Shown in pieces: positions 38,955-48,011 of a stretch of DNA of 64,000 bases. Every line of letters starts with the position of its first letter. The stretch's first letter is position 1. The stretch lies in contig CDROCS010000462.1 in the NCBI GenBank assembly GCA_977020255.1, positions 1 through 64,000 of the forward strand, written 5' to 3'. Source of the stretch: Obrimoposthia wandeli (Eukaryota). Below the pieces are notes generated by a model that saw nothing but the letters and a program-made list of their open reading frames with translations, was not told the DNA's origin and did no database searches. The translations under genes were made by a program, and so were the position numbers.

Positions 38955-40369
38955 CCCCCCGCTCCCACACTACTTTTTCCCAAATCTGTTGAAAGCATAA
39001 TTTCGCCGCAAAAATGATCGAATTGATATTGTGGTTGAATGGTGAGTTCACAGACAAAACGGCCACCGGCACCGTCAGCTTGCTCATGCACTTTTACTCG
39101 CCCTTTACTCAAAGGATATTTCGCCAAGGTACTCTCATCGGCATCTACCAAGTGACTGCTGTATTCATCGATCCAGTCACTGAGAAACTTTTGACATTCC
39201 GTGGCGGTGTGAAAGCTGCCAATCATATTGCGTATTTGTACCTTGAGGTAGTGCGCAATACGACAGCTCATCAATATCGACTGAATTTGGCTGCCCGCGC
39301 TGTCTTCCTCACCCTTTGAAGCTTTCCATAACGAGTGATTGCCAAAAAAATAGTACTTATCGGTCATTGGGCTCTGGCTGATAGGGATCAGTCCTTGTGC
39401 ACTGTAAAAACGGGCGTGAGCGCCAATAAAATGTATATCTGGTTGTGGTGTGCGCAGTACAAAATCCGCGTCAACCCCAGGCGCCACATTGATCAGAGCC
39501 CCTTGATAGCTATCTTGCCAGCGTGATTTCATAAATCCAAACCAACCCAAACGGTTGTACTCGCGAATGGCGGTGCTGGCAAAGGCAAAGGCGGCACTGC
39601 CCCACAAGCCTTGTTCTGGACTCTTTTTTTCATCGAAGACAAAGCCGATACGTTGTTGACGATAACGCTGTCGCAGCTTTATTTTTGGTAGTGTTAAAGC
39701 AATAAATTTCATCGCTGGGTGTTGGCGCATCCGGCGCCAGCCATTAAAATCAGGCCCCTCCACAATTTTTCCGATACGCGCAGTATCCGTCAACCAACCG
39801 GCGCCTGTATTACCAAAAAAATCATCGCAGATACTCAACGTAAAAGGGCACAGACACAACTCTCCCAAACGGGCGAGTAATTCGAGGGAATATAAATCAT
39901 CAAATTCATCGTCATAGTCCATTTCCATCGAAATAGCATGGTTGACAACAAACAAACCGAACGGCTCGCCGCCCAATGTATTGAGCTCTCGATTACCGAT
40001 AAAATTATAGAGCGCACTGCGTTCAACGGACACTGAAGTATTTAGGTCGCGCGCAATCTCTGTCCAAGTGATATCGAGCAATTTAACTTTGACTTTACTA
40101 CCGGGTGATTGCAGTGCAACCAAACTGTGTAAATTACGCCACACTGCCTCTAGCTCTGTGAACTCTGGCTGTGCCATAACTGCGCTTAATTGCTGTGATA
40201 ACGCTTGGTCTATCGCCACTATCATGCGGGTAAGCAATATTTTTAACTGCGTTTTATTCTCTAGAGCTTGCGGATTCACCTGTAATAAGGCCGTCAGTGC
40301 TTGAGCAAGATAATCCTCGTGTGATGAGTCTAACTGATTAAAATCCTGCTGCCACTGCTCTGCAAACAT
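38951..40369 (-). CDS. tssC: Second, divergent TssC sheath-like protein
   Basis: LEAVWRNL, TLGGEPFG, WGSAAF, SCRIAHYLKVQIR, IQPQYQF. Confidence 0.85.
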   Translation of the reverse strand: MFAEQWQQDFNQLDSSHEDYLAQALTALLQVNPQALENKTQLKILLTRMIVAIDQALSQQLSAVMAQPEFTELEAVWRNLHSLVALQSPGSKVKVKLLDITWTEIARDLNTSVSVERSALYNFIGNRELNTLGGEPFGLFVVNHAISMEMDYDDEFDDLYSLELLARLGELCLCPFTLSICDDFFGNTGAGWLTDTARIGKIVEGPDFNGWRRMRQHPAMKFIALTLPKIKLRQRYRQQRIGFVFDEKKSPEQGLWGSAAFAFASTAIREYNRLGWFGFMKSRWQDSYQGALINVAPGVDADFVLRTPQPDIHFIGAHARFYSAQGLIPISQSPMTDKYYFFGNHSLWKASKGEEDSAGSQIQSILMSCRIAHYLKVQIRNMIGSFHTATECQKFLSDWIDEYSSHLVDADESTLAKYPLSKGRVKVHEQADGAGGRFVCELTIQPQYQFDHFCGEIMLSTDLGKSSVGAGG

Positions 40370-40448
40370 CCATGATTCTCTAGTAATAGAAAGAAGATTA
40401 GCTCAATGGCTAATTTAGCATCCTGTGCTTTTGCTAGAATCGCACTGG

Positions 40449-40473
40449 AAAAAAAGGCGCCCTGAGGCGCCTT
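40449..40473 (-). terminator. Rho-independent terminator between tssC1 and tssC2
   Basis: On the minus strand aaggcgcc-tcag-ggcgcc followed by a T run. Confidence 0.75.
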
Positions 40474-40485
40474 CCAAAGCATTAT

Positions 40486-41967
40486 CTAACCTGGAATTTT
40501 GGTAACCATCCGTACGGAGGTCGTCAGTTCTTCCAGTTGTAACCAAGGTCTCAAGTGTGCCACTGCCGAGTACGCGCCTGGGCGCCCTGGCTGCTCAACC
40601 ACTTCAATACGTGATTCGCAAAGCGGTGTTTTAGAGCGTTCAAGGTTACCCATCGCACCAGAGTTTGTGTACTGATCGATCCACGTTTGTAGATCGCGCT
40701 TGATGTCAGTCGCTTCCATGTTAGAACCTAACATGTCGCGGCCCATCACTTTCAAGAAATGCGCAATACGGCTACTTGCCATGACGTAAGGTAGACGCGC
40801 TGAGATGGCCGCATTACCTGTTGCATCAGGATCGGTATACGTTTTTGGCTGCTGTGTCGTTTGACCGCCAATAAACACCGCATAATTGCTGTTCTTATAG
40901 TGAACAAGCGGTAAGAAACCCAAATCACTGAGCTCTTTTTCACGCTCATCTGTCAGGTTTACTTCTGTAGGGCACTGCTGTTGGATATCACCAGCATCCG
41001 ACTTATAAGTCAGATTAGGTAAATTTTCAACTTTACCGCCATTATCCATACCGCGAATTGAAGTACACCAACCTGAAGCGGTGTAAGACTGTGTCATTTT
41101 CAGACCCATCTCAAAAGCCGCATTCGACCACACTAGCTGATCGTTATTCGCTGGACGAGGATTACCCTCAGCATCGTTTGCCAACTCTTCATATTCAAAC
41201 GCTTTAGTACCTAAACCTTTAGCGCCGTATGGAAGGCGTGCCAAAGTTTGTGGCAAAGTAAGAGACACATAGCGTGCATCATCACTCTCTCTGAAAGCAT
41301 TCCACGCAGCATAGGCGGGTGAATCAAAGCCTGCAGCAACCGGCTTACCTTCACTGAAAGTATCGAAGCTGTTGTATTCAAACATTTCTGGATTTGCCGC
41401 CGCGACAAATGGCGCGTGGCTAGCCGCAGCCGTTTCGCCCATGTAGCGTAGTAGTGCCACATCTTCATCTTGATGCGAGAAAGTGTAGTCCCCTAGTAAC
41501 AATCCATAAGGCTCGCCACCGGCTGTACCGAATTCTTTCTGATAAAGCGCGTCAAATAAAGGACTGCGATCGACAGCAGGTGCATCTTCGAACTGCTCGA
41601 TCAACTCTTCTTTGTTGAAATCGACTAGACGAATTTTTAGGCTAGAACCCAGGTCGCTCTCTTTAACTAACTTGTTTAGACCGCGCCAAGAACCTTCCAA
41701 ACGACGGAAGTCCTCATGCTGCATCACCGCAGACAACTGCTTTGACATTTGTCTGTCAATTTCAGCAATCGCGTTTTCAATAGTTTTAGTTACGTTTTTA
41801 TCCCAGACAACGGTACCGTCTAGCGCTTGCTGCGCCAGAACAGAGAACAACTCTTTTGTAGTGTCGACAGGGGTCTGTGTTGTCGCTGCAATAGCGCGGT
41901 CAAGTAGACTTACCGCTTCACCTGCACTCGCTTGCGCCTGTGCGCCTTGTAGTTCTTCAGTGCTCAC
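40486..41967 (-). CDS. tssC: T6SS sheath large subunit TssC
   Basis: LEGSWRGL, EFGTAGGEPYG, QQCPTEV, AISARLPY, LRPWLQLEEL. Confidence 0.96.
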   Translation of the reverse strand: MSTEELQGAQAQASAGEAVSLLDRAIAATTQTPVDTTKELFSVLAQQALDGTVVWDKNVTKTIENAIAEIDRQMSKQLSAVMQHEDFRRLEGSWRGLNKLVKESDLGSSLKIRLVDFNKEELIEQFEDAPAVDRSPLFDALYQKEFGTAGGEPYGLLLGDYTFSHQDEDVALLRYMGETAAASHAPFVAAANPEMFEYNSFDTFSEGKPVAAGFDSPAYAAWNAFRESDDARYVSLTLPQTLARLPYGAKGLGTKAFEYEELANDAEGNPRPANNDQLVWSNAAFEMGLKMTQSYTASGWCTSIRGMDNGGKVENLPNLTYKSDAGDIQQQCPTEVNLTDEREKELSDLGFLPLVHYKNSNYAVFIGGQTTQQPKTYTDPDATGNAAISARLPYVMASSRIAHFLKVMGRDMLGSNMEATDIKRDLQTWIDQYTNSGAMGNLERSKTPLCESRIEVVEQPGRPGAYSAVAHLRPWLQLEELTTSVRMVTKIPG

Positions 41968-42470
41968 TGATCACCTCCTTGAGGCTCAATTCCCAGTTCG
42001 CTAGACAGCGCTGAAATCGTTTCAGCGTTTTGCAGCACTTCTTTCAGTAGCTTTTCTAAGTCGCGTGACTTATCAGATTTAGAAAGTAATGTCTTCAGTT
42101 GGCTGCGTGTCTCTGCCAGCCGCTTTAACGGGTCTACTTTCTCGACAATCGCATCTGGCTCGAAATCTTTCATCGAGTTAAACGATAAATCGACGGCAAA
42201 TTCACTGTCATCATCGCTCAATGTGTTATCAATTTTCATTGATAATTCTGGACCGACCCGCTTCATCACGTTGTCAAAATTATCTTTGTCAACTTGATAG
42301 AACGTGCGATCTTCCATTTCTTCACGGTCCGCTTTATGAGCAGAAAAATCGCCCATAACGCCGACGACGAAAGGTAGTTCCTTGGTTTCTACTGCACCAT
42401 TTGTTTCAACATCATAAGTGATGCTGACGCGGTTTTTGCTGATCCGCTTGTGCTGTGAATTTAAAGCCAT
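41964..42470 (-). CDS. tssB: T6SS sheath small subunit TssB
   Basis: RVSITYDVETNGA..ELPFVVGVMGDFS; DFEPD. Confidence 0.96.
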   Translation of the reverse strand: MALNSQHKRISKNRVSITYDVETNGAVETKELPFVVGVMGDFSAHKADREEMEDRTFYQVDKDNFDNVMKRVGPELSMKIDNTLSDDDSEFAVDLSFNSMKDFEPDAIVEKVDPLKRLAETRSQLKTLLSKSDKSRDLEKLLKEVLQNAETISALSSELGIEPQGGDQ

Positions 42471-42502
42471 CGCTTTATCCCCTATCGCTTAAAGTCTATT
42501 TT

Positions 42503-43027
42503 TTATCCAGCTTTCGATTCTAATTTAGCGGTAGTGACATCATACTTAATCGTATCGCCCTTCTCGATTTCACCGCCATCGTTCTCATTGTAATAAACAA
42601 GTGAAACGACTGTGTATGCCAGTGAAAATGACTCGCCCGGTAAGCTGCCATCATTACAGCTAACATTATAGTTAGACATACGCGCTTTTTCTAAGGTGAT
42701 AATTAAATAAGGATCTGCGCCGTCACCAGTACGTGATGGTTTAGTCATCAACAAGTCGATTGTTTTTCCTTCAGTACCAGGTGCGAACAAGAACGTGGTC
42801 AAATGAGGGCTCGCGCCATCAGAAGTACGTGAAATGTTTAATTCGCCTAATGCAACCATACCTTGGTCTGCGTTGTTTGCGTTACCAACATCAACACTCA
42901 CGCCGCGTACAGCGCCCCAAGACATGTTTTCTATAGCAAAAAAGCCTTTTTTACTGCCAATATCGCCAATAGTTGCCGCGCCTTTGATCGTGTCAATACC
43001 TTCTATACGCATAAAAATTGAAGCCAT
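42503..43027 (-). CDS. hcp: T6SS tube protein Hcp
   Basis: IFMRIEGI..KG, SWG, DGASPHL, ESFSLAY; position after tssA. Confidence 0.9.
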   Translation of the reverse strand: MASIFMRIEGIDTIKGAATIGDIGSKKGFFAIENMSWGAVRGVSVDVGNANNADQGMVALGELNISRTSDGASPHLTTFLFAPGTEGKTIDLLMTKPSRTGDGADPYLIITLEKARMSNYNVSCNDGSLPGESFSLAYTVVSLVYYNENDGGEIEKGDTIKYDVTTAKLESKAG

Positions 43028-43083
43028 GGTGTTCTCCTTAATGTATTAATTACCGCGGAGCGGCGCTTTAAATTCAGTCGTGC

Positions 43084-44439
43084 TTACCATTGAAAACTAC
43101 TGATGCCTGATTTCGACGATTCAGTTTTTTCCTCTTTTGTTTCTTCTTTCACATTCTCTACTGCTGCCACTTTTTTTACTGCAGCAACTTCAACTTGGGG
43201 AGCGCTAATACTGCTATTGGCACTGCTTTTGTGTTGTGCAAACTCGGCGGCACTGACAGAGGGCGTAGGCACTACAGTTTTCACTACACTCTCTAAACCT
43301 GCCATTTGACTAATTCGGCCCATCACTTGATCGTTTTCGCCAACCATTTCGTCCAGTAAATCGGGGAGCGACATATAGCCCCAGCGAATCGCTCGTTCCA
43401 ACAACATATGTACGGGGCTATGTGGCTCAGTTCGTTGAAAGTATTCAGATATTTTTCGCAGCTCTGTAAAAGCTTGATCGCGATTAAACAACGCCTCTCC
43501 CGCACTAATGGCAACACGCTGGGCGCTCGATACGTTCTGTGTCACTACTGCACTGACCACACTTCCATCGTCATCTTTCACTGATGTCTGCTCCACTATT
43601 GGGTCACTCTCAATAGTTTCTAATTCTTTTGTCACATCTAATGGCCAAACCGTAAAAGCATCGCCGACAAGATACTTTACTGCATTGAGCAAATCGGAAA
43701 CCAGCTTCAACAAGAATTTGAAGCTAATTCCTTTGGCAGAAACTTGAGCACAATTTTTATTAACAGTTATTTCAATACCTTTAATCGAAATCTCTATTGC
43801 CGCTAGAGCCAAGATTCGCTGAGTAATCTGCTCTTTATCGGCGCTAAAAAACTGCCGCGCCCCCTCTTTTAGGTCAGCTAAGCTACCCGCGCGTTCGGCC
43901 GAATAAAACTGGGTGTAATTGATGGTACCTACTAAAGGTAAATTCAATAGCGGCATCGCCAGAATACCTGAACTTTCGCTCTCCCCAGCTAATTGCCACA
44001 TCGGCTTAATCTTAAACCCAGCCCACTCGCTATCTCGACCGCTATCATCGACACTTTTTAATTTATCTACGGGTGGTTTAGGGTGTAGGTCACTCCAATA
44101 AGCATCAATCACTTGGGCAAAATCTTCAAAAGCCAATTGCAGATTTGACAGTGCATTAGCGCCAAATAATTGCGCGCTTATATACCAGCCAAATACTTCG
44201 ATGTCTTTAGCATCATCCGTCAAGCAAGCTTTACAGACATCACCAAGAGCGCGCCAGTTTTCGATATTTTGCTCTACCAGTTCATCGTCAGATGCCGCAT
44301 CTGGAGACTCCATTAGCTGCCGGTAACTAGATTGCGCTTGGTTAAAACTGTTGCGCAATGCTCGGTATAACGTTTTATTGCCTTTAAGGTACTCGCCACA
44401 GGTAGACGTATCTGAGATAGGTTGTACTATCGATTCCAT
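43084..44439 (-). CDS. tssA: T6SS TssA (ImpA N-terminal domain)
   Basis: KDIEV, WSDLHP, EPHSPVHMLLERAIRWG. Confidence 0.9.
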   Translation of the reverse strand: MESIVQPISDTSTCGEYLKGNKTLYRALRNSFNQAQSSYRQLMESPDAASDDELVEQNIENWRALGDVCKACLTDDAKDIEVFGWYISAQLFGANALSNLQLAFEDFAQVIDAYWSDLHPKPPVDKLKSVDDSGRDSEWAGFKIKPMWQLAGESESSGILAMPLLNLPLVGTINYTQFYSAERAGSLADLKEGARQFFSADKEQITQRILALAAIEISIKGIEITVNKNCAQVSAKGISFKFLLKLVSDLLNAVKYLVGDAFTVWPLDVTKELETIESDPIVEQTSVKDDDGSVVSAVVTQNVSSAQRVAISAGEALFNRDQAFTELRKISEYFQRTEPHSPVHMLLERAIRWGYMSLPDLLDEMVGENDQVMGRISQMAGLESVVKTVVPTPSVSAAEFAQHKSSANSSISAPQVEVAAVKKVAAVENVKEETKEEKTESSKSGISSFQW

Positions 44440-44482
44440 TAAGTTGCCTATTCCCTATGTGTAAGAGTTGATATTGGACCAC

Positions 44483-44497
44483 AAAGTAATTATAAAT
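44483..44497 (-). promoter_or_regulatory. Promoter element upstream of tssA containing TATAAT, shared with the vgrG upstream region
   Basis: aaagtaattataaat, one mismatch to 20034-20048. Confidence 0.45.
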
Positions 44498-44624
44498 TTA
44501 ACCTTTAGCTGCCTTAAAAACAATGCATCAAGTATTTAATAAACATTTTGACCTGCTATGTTGCTAGCTGTTAATTTAAGGTTAATATACAGCAACAAAG
44601 CGGTCTCTTTTCGACATAAATAAT

Positions 44625-45914
44625 TTAGGGAGTAGCACTTTGACGCCCCTGAAACTCATGCCCCGTCAAAATACCTTTACCCGTCTGTAGTTCACTCAAA
44701 CGTGCTTGGATAAAGTTATCGGTACTTTTGAATATCACTCCATAATTATCGGTGTATTCACCGATATAACTCGCAGATAGCTTTTTTAGTGTTTCAATAT
44801 GATGTACGCCTTTAGCGAACTCCGCATCATTTACGACACTGGCATCGGGGTTTATCAATTGCATAAAACGATAGGGATGTCCGGCAAATCCTGAGCCCAT
44901 GGCAAGCGCCGCCACAACAGGGTTGGCAATCGTCGCTTTTTGAAACCATTGCGAAAAAGCTTTGTGATCATCCATCATGGTGCGCTCATTTTTAACACTG
45001 TTCCACTGCGCTTTGGCATTTCTCGTTTCCTTAGCCGTTTTGGCCGCTGCCATCGCTTTTTGTGCCGCTTGCTTTAATAGCTCTTTCTGCCACATACCTT
45101 CAGCTGTTTTACGTATTTTCTTCATCCGGGTAAATTGGAGAGTGTAATCGACTAAGTTAGCAATACGTTGCAGTATTCCGGTCACTGCACTGACTATAGT
45201 ACCGGCCCCACCCACCGCGTCTCCACCAGCTTGCAATCCGATATTTATCGCACCTACTGCAACATTTTTAAGTCCGCCAGCAAAACCTGCGGCAGAGTGG
45301 CGTGCCAAAGTACTGGCTATAATTGAAGGATGACCGCCGAGCAGTTTGACACCACGACCACTCCACAATTGTGTGATAAAGTCCTTGGCTTTGAGAACAG
45401 CTTGTCGTACCCCTGCATAAATGTCGGCAGCTCCCTGCACGTATCCCCAGCCCGGTATTAGGCTAGACAAATTACCGGCAAATTCAGAAACGGCCCAAAC
45501 CCCAAATTCAGTCAACCATTCCATGCCACTGACAACGTGGGCATAACGCTCTTTGATTTTGTCGATAAAGCTGCGAAAGAATCCCGCTATTATCTCCTTG
45601 ATTCGATCTTTAACTTCGCCTATTTTAGCCCCGGCTGTCTCCAGACCGCTGACTATCTTGGCCCCTGCGTCTGTTTTCTTGAGTAGATATTTACAGCCGT
45701 TCTTCAAATCTGTTGCCGCAGTTGTATCGACAGCAAAGCCACCCACTAGATCGAGTGAAAAGCTCGCCTCTTTTACCATTTCTGTTTTTGCCAACATATA
45801 GATCACGCCATATCGTGCGCTTGCCATCTCTTCTAACTGAACAGCCAGAGCTGTATTGCTAGTGTTGCCAAAAATTTTAGCTGCCGCCTTGCGAGCAGAA
45901 CGTGGCCATTTCAT
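44625..45914 (-). CDS. Hypothetical 429-aa protein with Gly/Ala-rich hydrophobic helices; candidate T6SS effector
   Basis: Long ORF with GGAG RBS directly upstream of tssA on the same strand; no recognisable family. Confidence 0.6.
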   Translation of the reverse strand: MKWPRSARKAAAKIFGNTSNTALAVQLEEMASARYGVIYMLAKTEMVKEASFSLDLVGGFAVDTTAATDLKNGCKYLLKKTDAGAKIVSGLETAGAKIGEVKDRIKEIIAGFFRSFIDKIKERYAHVVSGMEWLTEFGVWAVSEFAGNLSSLIPGWGYVQGAADIYAGVRQAVLKAKDFITQLWSGRGVKLLGGHPSIIASTLARHSAAGFAGGLKNVAVGAINIGLQAGGDAVGGAGTIVSAVTGILQRIANLVDYTLQFTRMKKIRKTAEGMWQKELLKQAAQKAMAAAKTAKETRNAKAQWNSVKNERTMMDDHKAFSQWFQKATIANPVVAALAMGSGFAGHPYRFMQLINPDASVVNDAEFAKGVHHIETLKKLSASYIGEYTDNYGVIFKSTDNFIQARLSELQTGKGILTGHEFQGRQSATP

Positions 45915-46290
45915 ATACGAGTACTCCGAAAATAATACGCATTTAAAGTCTAGACTAAAATCTGGATTCTATTTTTAAGTCAATAAGAATATCACCTAGC
46001 AAAAAAAGCTTTTAGTTTTAATCTCTCTTTTGTGAGGTTTATTACGTGCTGCATATCCGCTTAGATTCAAAAAAATAGATAGAACAATCATTCAGTTACT
46101 TAAAGAAAACTACTTAATACTGCAAAAACAAAACGTTAGTTCCCAAAATAAAAATATACTAATTTCTCTTAGAAAATAAGCTAAACATTACTCACTTCTT
46201 TGACAGAGCATCTAATGTACATTGTATTACTCACTAGAAAGGTATCTGAGCTAACGGGTGGTTGAGAGGCAAGATTCGAAACAGATATTA

Positions 46291-46318
46291 CGCAGCTGTT
46301 TAGTAGTGAACAGCTGCG
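46291..46318 (-). terminator. Hairpin downstream of dgt
   Basis: cgcagctgtt / aacagctgcg 10-bp stem. Confidence 0.55.
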
Positions 46319-46339
46319 CTTTCTTGAAGCACTCTAAGA

Positions 46340-47803
46340 TCAGAACTTGCTTGCCGATAACCCCTGATACTGTTGCACTGCAAATTGATCAGTCATACCG
46401 CTGATATAATCTATTAACAATCTGACCCGATAATAGCGCTCCCACATTTCAAAATGCAGATCTGCTATGTCGAGCAACGCACTGCGATAATGCGCTTTAT
46501 GTTTATCGGATAATTTGTGAAAGAGGCGTGTCGCGACAGCAGCTCCCTCCAGGCGATCAGTATTAATCAACCTTTGGAACTGCTGCGCTGTGAGTAACAG
46601 TAAGGGGGTATAAATGTTAAGTAGACCTGATATCACACTGAAACCTTTTAGCTCCAAATCCTCCACTTCGGGATGATTAAAAACATGCTCCCTAGCCACT
46701 AGACGGAGGGTTTGTGCCGCGCGATTGTAATTATCATCGCCATCTAACAACGGGGCATCAAAGGTGCCGTCAAAGATCTCTTGCTGGTTAGCAATATAGC
46801 GTGTTGCCGCATACTGGGCGAGATCGTTAACGAAAACAGTGCGCAATGTCAGTATATAGGCATGATTTTTTTGATAGTCTGCCTCTTGTGCAGCCGCGTA
46901 CGCGGCGCTGAGAATATCCAGCAAATAATGACTGACGACAGCCTTGCCTTCGCTGTCTGCCTCGCAGAGTACTCTCCATTTTTTACACAGTAGTTGATGG
47001 AGTTGCTCTAGATTCAATATCCCTTTTTCCAAAGCGTCTTCAAGATCTGCTATACAATAGGAGATGTCATCCGCGGCCTCCATAATATAGCTCAGCGGAA
47101 AACGACAACCTTCTGCTATATTCAGCTCTGTACTCAATCTAGCCACCAGCAATCGCTCAGACAAATAGAAACCGGGCTTTTTTTTGCGGTAGTAAAACTC
47201 ATCCCCTGCCATAGGCTTTGCATCACAGGCACAACGGGTATATTTGACGAGGCTGGCTAATTGAGTAAGGCTTAGATTCAAGGTTTGTAATTGATGTAAT
47301 AACCGTAACCCTTGAGCATTCCCCTCAAAATTCAATAAGTCTGTCAGTAACTGTTGATATAAGGCGCTGTCTTGGTAGGCAAAAAACTCACTTCGCCAGA
47401 TACCCGTTACTGTCTCAGCAGCCCACTGATTGATTGCTTCTTCACCAAAATGGCCAAAAGGCGGGTTGCCAATATCATGTAATAAGCAAGAAATTTCTAC
47501 CGCGCTTATAAACCCATCTTCACTCCCCGCTAAGCCGAGTTCTATGCTTTGTTGTGCTACGTTTTTCAGCACTAATTTTGCAATATAACGTCCTACCTGC
47601 TGCACTTCGAGCGAATGGGTCAGTCTACTGCGCACCGCGGCATTAGTTTCCAGTGGAAAAACCTGAGTTTTTTGTTGTAAACGGCGCACCGCGGCAGAAT
47701 TTACCGCTCTGCCGCGATCGCTTTCCATTTCATTGTTAAAATCACGACCACTAATTTTCGAAGAATAAAAGCGATTACATTTAAGCTTATCGGTATAGTT
47801 CAT
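46340..47803 (-). CDS. dgt: dGTP triphosphohydrolase (HD domain)
   Basis: RRLQQKTQVFPL, RLTHSLEV, LLHDIGNPPFGHFGE, FEGNAQ, EAADDISY, DYISGMTD. Confidence 0.93.
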   Translation of the reverse strand: MNYTDKLKCNRFYSSKISGRDFNNEMESDRGRAVNSAAVRRLQQKTQVFPLETNAAVRSRLTHSLEVQQVGRYIAKLVLKNVAQQSIELGLAGSEDGFISAVEISCLLHDIGNPPFGHFGEEAINQWAAETVTGIWRSEFFAYQDSALYQQLLTDLLNFEGNAQGLRLLHQLQTLNLSLTQLASLVKYTRCACDAKPMAGDEFYYRKKKPGFYLSERLLVARLSTELNIAEGCRFPLSYIMEAADDISYCIADLEDALEKGILNLEQLHQLLCKKWRVLCEADSEGKAVVSHYLLDILSAAYAAAQEADYQKNHAYILTLRTVFVNDLAQYAATRYIANQQEIFDGTFDAPLLDGDDNYNRAAQTLRLVAREHVFNHPEVEDLELKGFSVISGLLNIYTPLLLLTAQQFQRLINTDRLEGAAVATRLFHKLSDKHKAHYRSALLDIADLHFEMWERYYRVRLLIDYISGMTDQFAVQQYQGLSASKF

Positions 47804-48011
47804 CGTAATTTCCGCAATACAAAAACTCGATATTAACCCTATTCCTACAAGATAGCTAAATGTCCATGTCCATCACTGACAGTCTACTTTTCAGTCCCCA
47901 GGGGAATGCATTACCGTTAAAACAAAGTCACCCAGTCGACAAAGTAATTGCTGCGAAAACAATATCCCTTTATAGCATTTTGTAGTCGTATCCTCGCACC
48001 TGTTTTGCAGC

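Noticed and set aside
15790-46230. AATGTTTA repeated upstream of both candidate effectors and tssA
   Set aside because: Short AT-rich word at inconsistent distances; expected by chance
15450-46340. T6SS region as a mobile island
   Set aside because: No integrase, transposase, tRNA or flanking direct repeat recognised; only AT-rich edges
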